A stretch of 64,000 nt of DNA, taken from Tubulanus polymorphus (taxonomy: Eukaryota; Animalia; Nemertea). Below, in pieces: positions 60,666 through 64,000 of the stretch. The position numbers were made by a program, and so were the translations under genes. Position 1 is the first letter of the stretch. Each line of letters begins with the position of its first letter. The notes under the pieces were generated by a model that saw nothing but the letters and a program-made list of their open reading frames with translations, was not told the DNA's origin and did no database searches. The stretch covers positions 8,878,962 through 8,942,961 of the forward strand of contig NC_134034.1 in assembly GCF_964204645.1 (NCBI RefSeq), given 5' to 3'.

Positions 60666-63600
60666 ATTAGTACTCAATTTACGTCGATTGAACAAAATAA
60701 CAGTACGTTCCAATTCATTTTTAGTTGTTGCACAGGCTAACATTAACCAGTAATAGTATACCAATTAGCAGTAACTACTAATAGTAGCAACTACCAATAG
60801 TAGACCAATTAGTAGTAAACGACTGGCTGCGCATACGCATTGACGATGACGTGGAGAAATATCTAAAAAAAGCGAGCATGCAAGCACCGTAGTATAAGCT
60901 ATGGCCTTCTAACCGCAGGCTTACTTACAGCTATCAGGCATTCAGGGTTCGCTTCCTGCCACAACTTTTTAAATACTTTTACCCTATAGTAATAAACCAA
61001 TAATCTAACCCCATTATCCTAACCCTCCAGACCACTTTCTCGCCCTCTTGAGGCTTTGCCCTGAAACTGGACGCTTATTACGTATAGGCCTAGAGGGCGG
61101 CATTATCGATCGACGCATTGGAAATAGACATTCATTTTGTCGGAGAGGCTATATCATCCAACCAGTCAAATTAAATACCAGTTAAATCATGCCCTGATTA
61201 TTTTACTTAGATGTTTAATTCATTCATTCCAGTTAATCAATGAACAACATGTTGCGCCTTGCAAATTCAAACGCCAACTACAGTTGATTTATGAACAGTA
61301 TTTTGTAATTCTTTAACAATTTGCCTGAATTGAAAAGCAAATTGGAAGAACATTCTGCTGATGTCTAATTGGTGCATTACTGGATAATAAATACAATAAC
61401 ACATTATGAAATGAAATAATTATAATTTTCATGATATAAATCAGTGTCTATTTTGTTATTCTTTAAAGGTTACGTTCCAAACGTAACCATTAAAGAATAA
61501 CAAAATACTATCGGTGGTTGATTTTAAATTATATATATCACACAATGTTCTGTAATATCGGACCGGAGAAGTAATAGAAATAGAAAATGTTCGTCCCGGG
61601 GCCGATAAGCCAGTGATGGGCGATCGAGTGTACTGCATTTTATAATAAAATCTGAAAAATCTGGGGAGGGAGTGGAATTAAATTTTCAGTTTAGCCAATA
61701 ATAACGCCGTCGATGATATATTTTATAGAATTATGCTGATAGAATGTCGAATAAAATTAAATTGAATTTTAGAATTCAACCTAATAACCCATATTGGCCA
61801 ATAATAGCGCCGTCAATGATTACTGTCGAATTAAATCTAATTGAATTTTCCTGGTCCGGTTTTTAGGATTTACTCTCATATATCCCAGGTAATGCGCAAT
61901 TTTGGAATAGAATTTGGGAAACCCTTGTATAATCTGCGAATTCCGTACAATCCAGAGAATCCGGACATTCCGCGAAGTTTAGAAACCCCATGCACAGATA
62001 AATGCACCAAATAGCACAGGTTTTCAACAACAAACAAATAAGTAAATTAATTAATAAGGAACGGATTCCAACGAAATTCAATAGGGTTAGAAATTTTATT
62101 ACTGCATTGAATGTTTTGAAAGTCCCGAGGAGAAACTAAGCCTTGTTTGGAAGTTATTTTGTACCAACGGAATGAATTATATTCAAATTTGAATTGAGTT
62201 GATTTGCTGCGGAAAACCTGTCGATTCATTAAATTAGTCCAAATATACGATCAGGATGGCGCAACAGAACTGAATGAAACCCATGTGGCTGTACCGGAGA
62301 AAAACCAAACGCGCAGTGCGCACATTCACCCGGAGTGTTTCACCACTGACAAACACTAGCAAACCGCTACGAAAAAATTTGATGGGGGGGGGGGGTTAAT
62401 TAAACAACCCACAGTGGATAGTGTTGAAAAAAACACTAAGCTCTTGAACTAGGCCCGTTGTCAAATAATGAAACCCTTTGGATGTTACGTGTCATGACGC
62501 GTGTAAACTTACTTACCTTGTTACTGTGTGCAGATGAGATTGCAGACAATCAGCTCAGTACAGTATCAATTCATTTTATAAATGTAATGAAAATGTATAA
62601 TATATACTTGTTTTAAATAATCGCATTGAAATAATCCATCATGACGGAATCATATTACTAATTATGCGCGAGTGCGATTTATGTGAATAATCAGGATTTA
62701 TCAGGTGTGATGGTGTGCTTGTGGACTACCAAAGAGTTCCACGTTTTGCTAGACGAATAGACCCTACGGTCTAAACCCGGGTTACCTCGAATCCTTGATC
62801 GGGCTTATAACAGAAACAAGTAATTTCGGCGTTAGTTTGTGAATTGCGCACTTTGAGGAAAGCAATATTATAGGAGAGCAATTTAGAACCTCATAAGCCA
62901 TCTTTTAAGGATTCAAGCCCTGCATCATGCGATAACTGTTGTTTCTTCGTATCAACATTCCCTGTCACTCGTAATCATGTTCATTTTTGAAGATATGCCA
63001 TTAGCAGAGCTTCAACTCAGCTAGGTTAGCTTTGGATGTCTGGGGTCATAGTTTGTGTCAGATCATTCTTCTGCAGCATAAAAAGAATTCCATTGTCTAG
63101 ACAGTTTGAATAATATCTAATTAATGAGTGCAGAGTGGATCTCTCGTTAGGATTCAGGGGATCTTACGAGACATCAGTAAGACCCTGAAAATGTAAGTGC
63201 CCCTAATTTCATATGAAAGGCATTTTGTGTGATAATGGTTTGAAATCGGGATTTGTATACCCAAACGGATAATTCGTAAATGTATGCGGAAATGACACCA
63301 TTTGGGAATCCGAAGATTATACATGATCCATGGTATGAGTGATGATAACATTATAGTAAAGAAGGTACATTCATCAAATGCTTTAAAACCATTACATGCG
63401 GTACAGCTTGGAATTAACTTAACCCATATCGTCAGCGTGTTTTAACGCGACTTGAACGCGTTCTTAAGCTGATACAACGATGGACGGTACGCGCCAATCA
63501 TTCTCCATTTTAAACGAAAACGAGGCGGAAAATAATAGTTTACGATATTGATTTAATACTAGGTTGTGAACCCGAACACATATAAACTATTAGTATGGAT

Positions 63601-64000
63601 TATTTTTGATAAATATGGCTGAATCTTAATACGATTCTGATTGTACTCATTCACACGTAGAACAGCTGGAATGAGCAGATTGTTTTCGGCTTAAATGCAG
63701 CGTGAACGCGTTGAATATGATACCCAGCAGAGTCGCTGCCAGATAAAATCCTAAATAAATTTTGAATACTGAATTTGAAATCTAATATAACGGACGAGTT
63801 TGAACTCTCTGACATAGCTCAGTAGCAATACTGGACCACAATTTGTTCTAGTGATGATTGAAACATTGAATGCGCTTTGAATATTACCAAACGTTTTCAC
63901 CCGCTCGAGTGTCCATCGTGCTATCTATTGCGTGAATCCTGTAGATTTATCTTGTACTAACTTGTATTGAAGTTAGTTCTATTCATATTAGGGTTACTTC

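Overview
Animal (probably marine invertebrate) genomic DNA, AT-rich and dominated by transposable elements. One host gene is clear: a minus-strand, six-exon gene for a secreted protein of about 366 aa (signal peptide, 3 kringles, WSC domain; 38179-56164). Its fourth coding intron holds an ~11 kb tyrosine-recombinase DNA transposon (CryptonV-like). That element sits exactly inside an (ACGG)n/(GAAC)n microsatellite, has short terminal inverted repeats, and carries a PWWP-like N-terminal exon plus a ~39-copy 13-aa repeat. The left half of the window contains two nested, degenerate EnSpm/CACTA elements and an AT-rich Polinton/Maverick-like relic split by a Kolobok-type MITE. It also contains an apparently intact 3349-bp PIF/Harbinger element, whose empty target site survives in a second copy of the host repeat, along with Helentron-associated (HINE/DINE-like) repeats and CR1/L2 LINE and Penelope fragments with hammerhead-like motifs. 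Two 33-35 bp palindromes with 7-bp target duplications look like P-element excision footprints. All calls are made by eye from the sequence and ORF track; no database searches were run.
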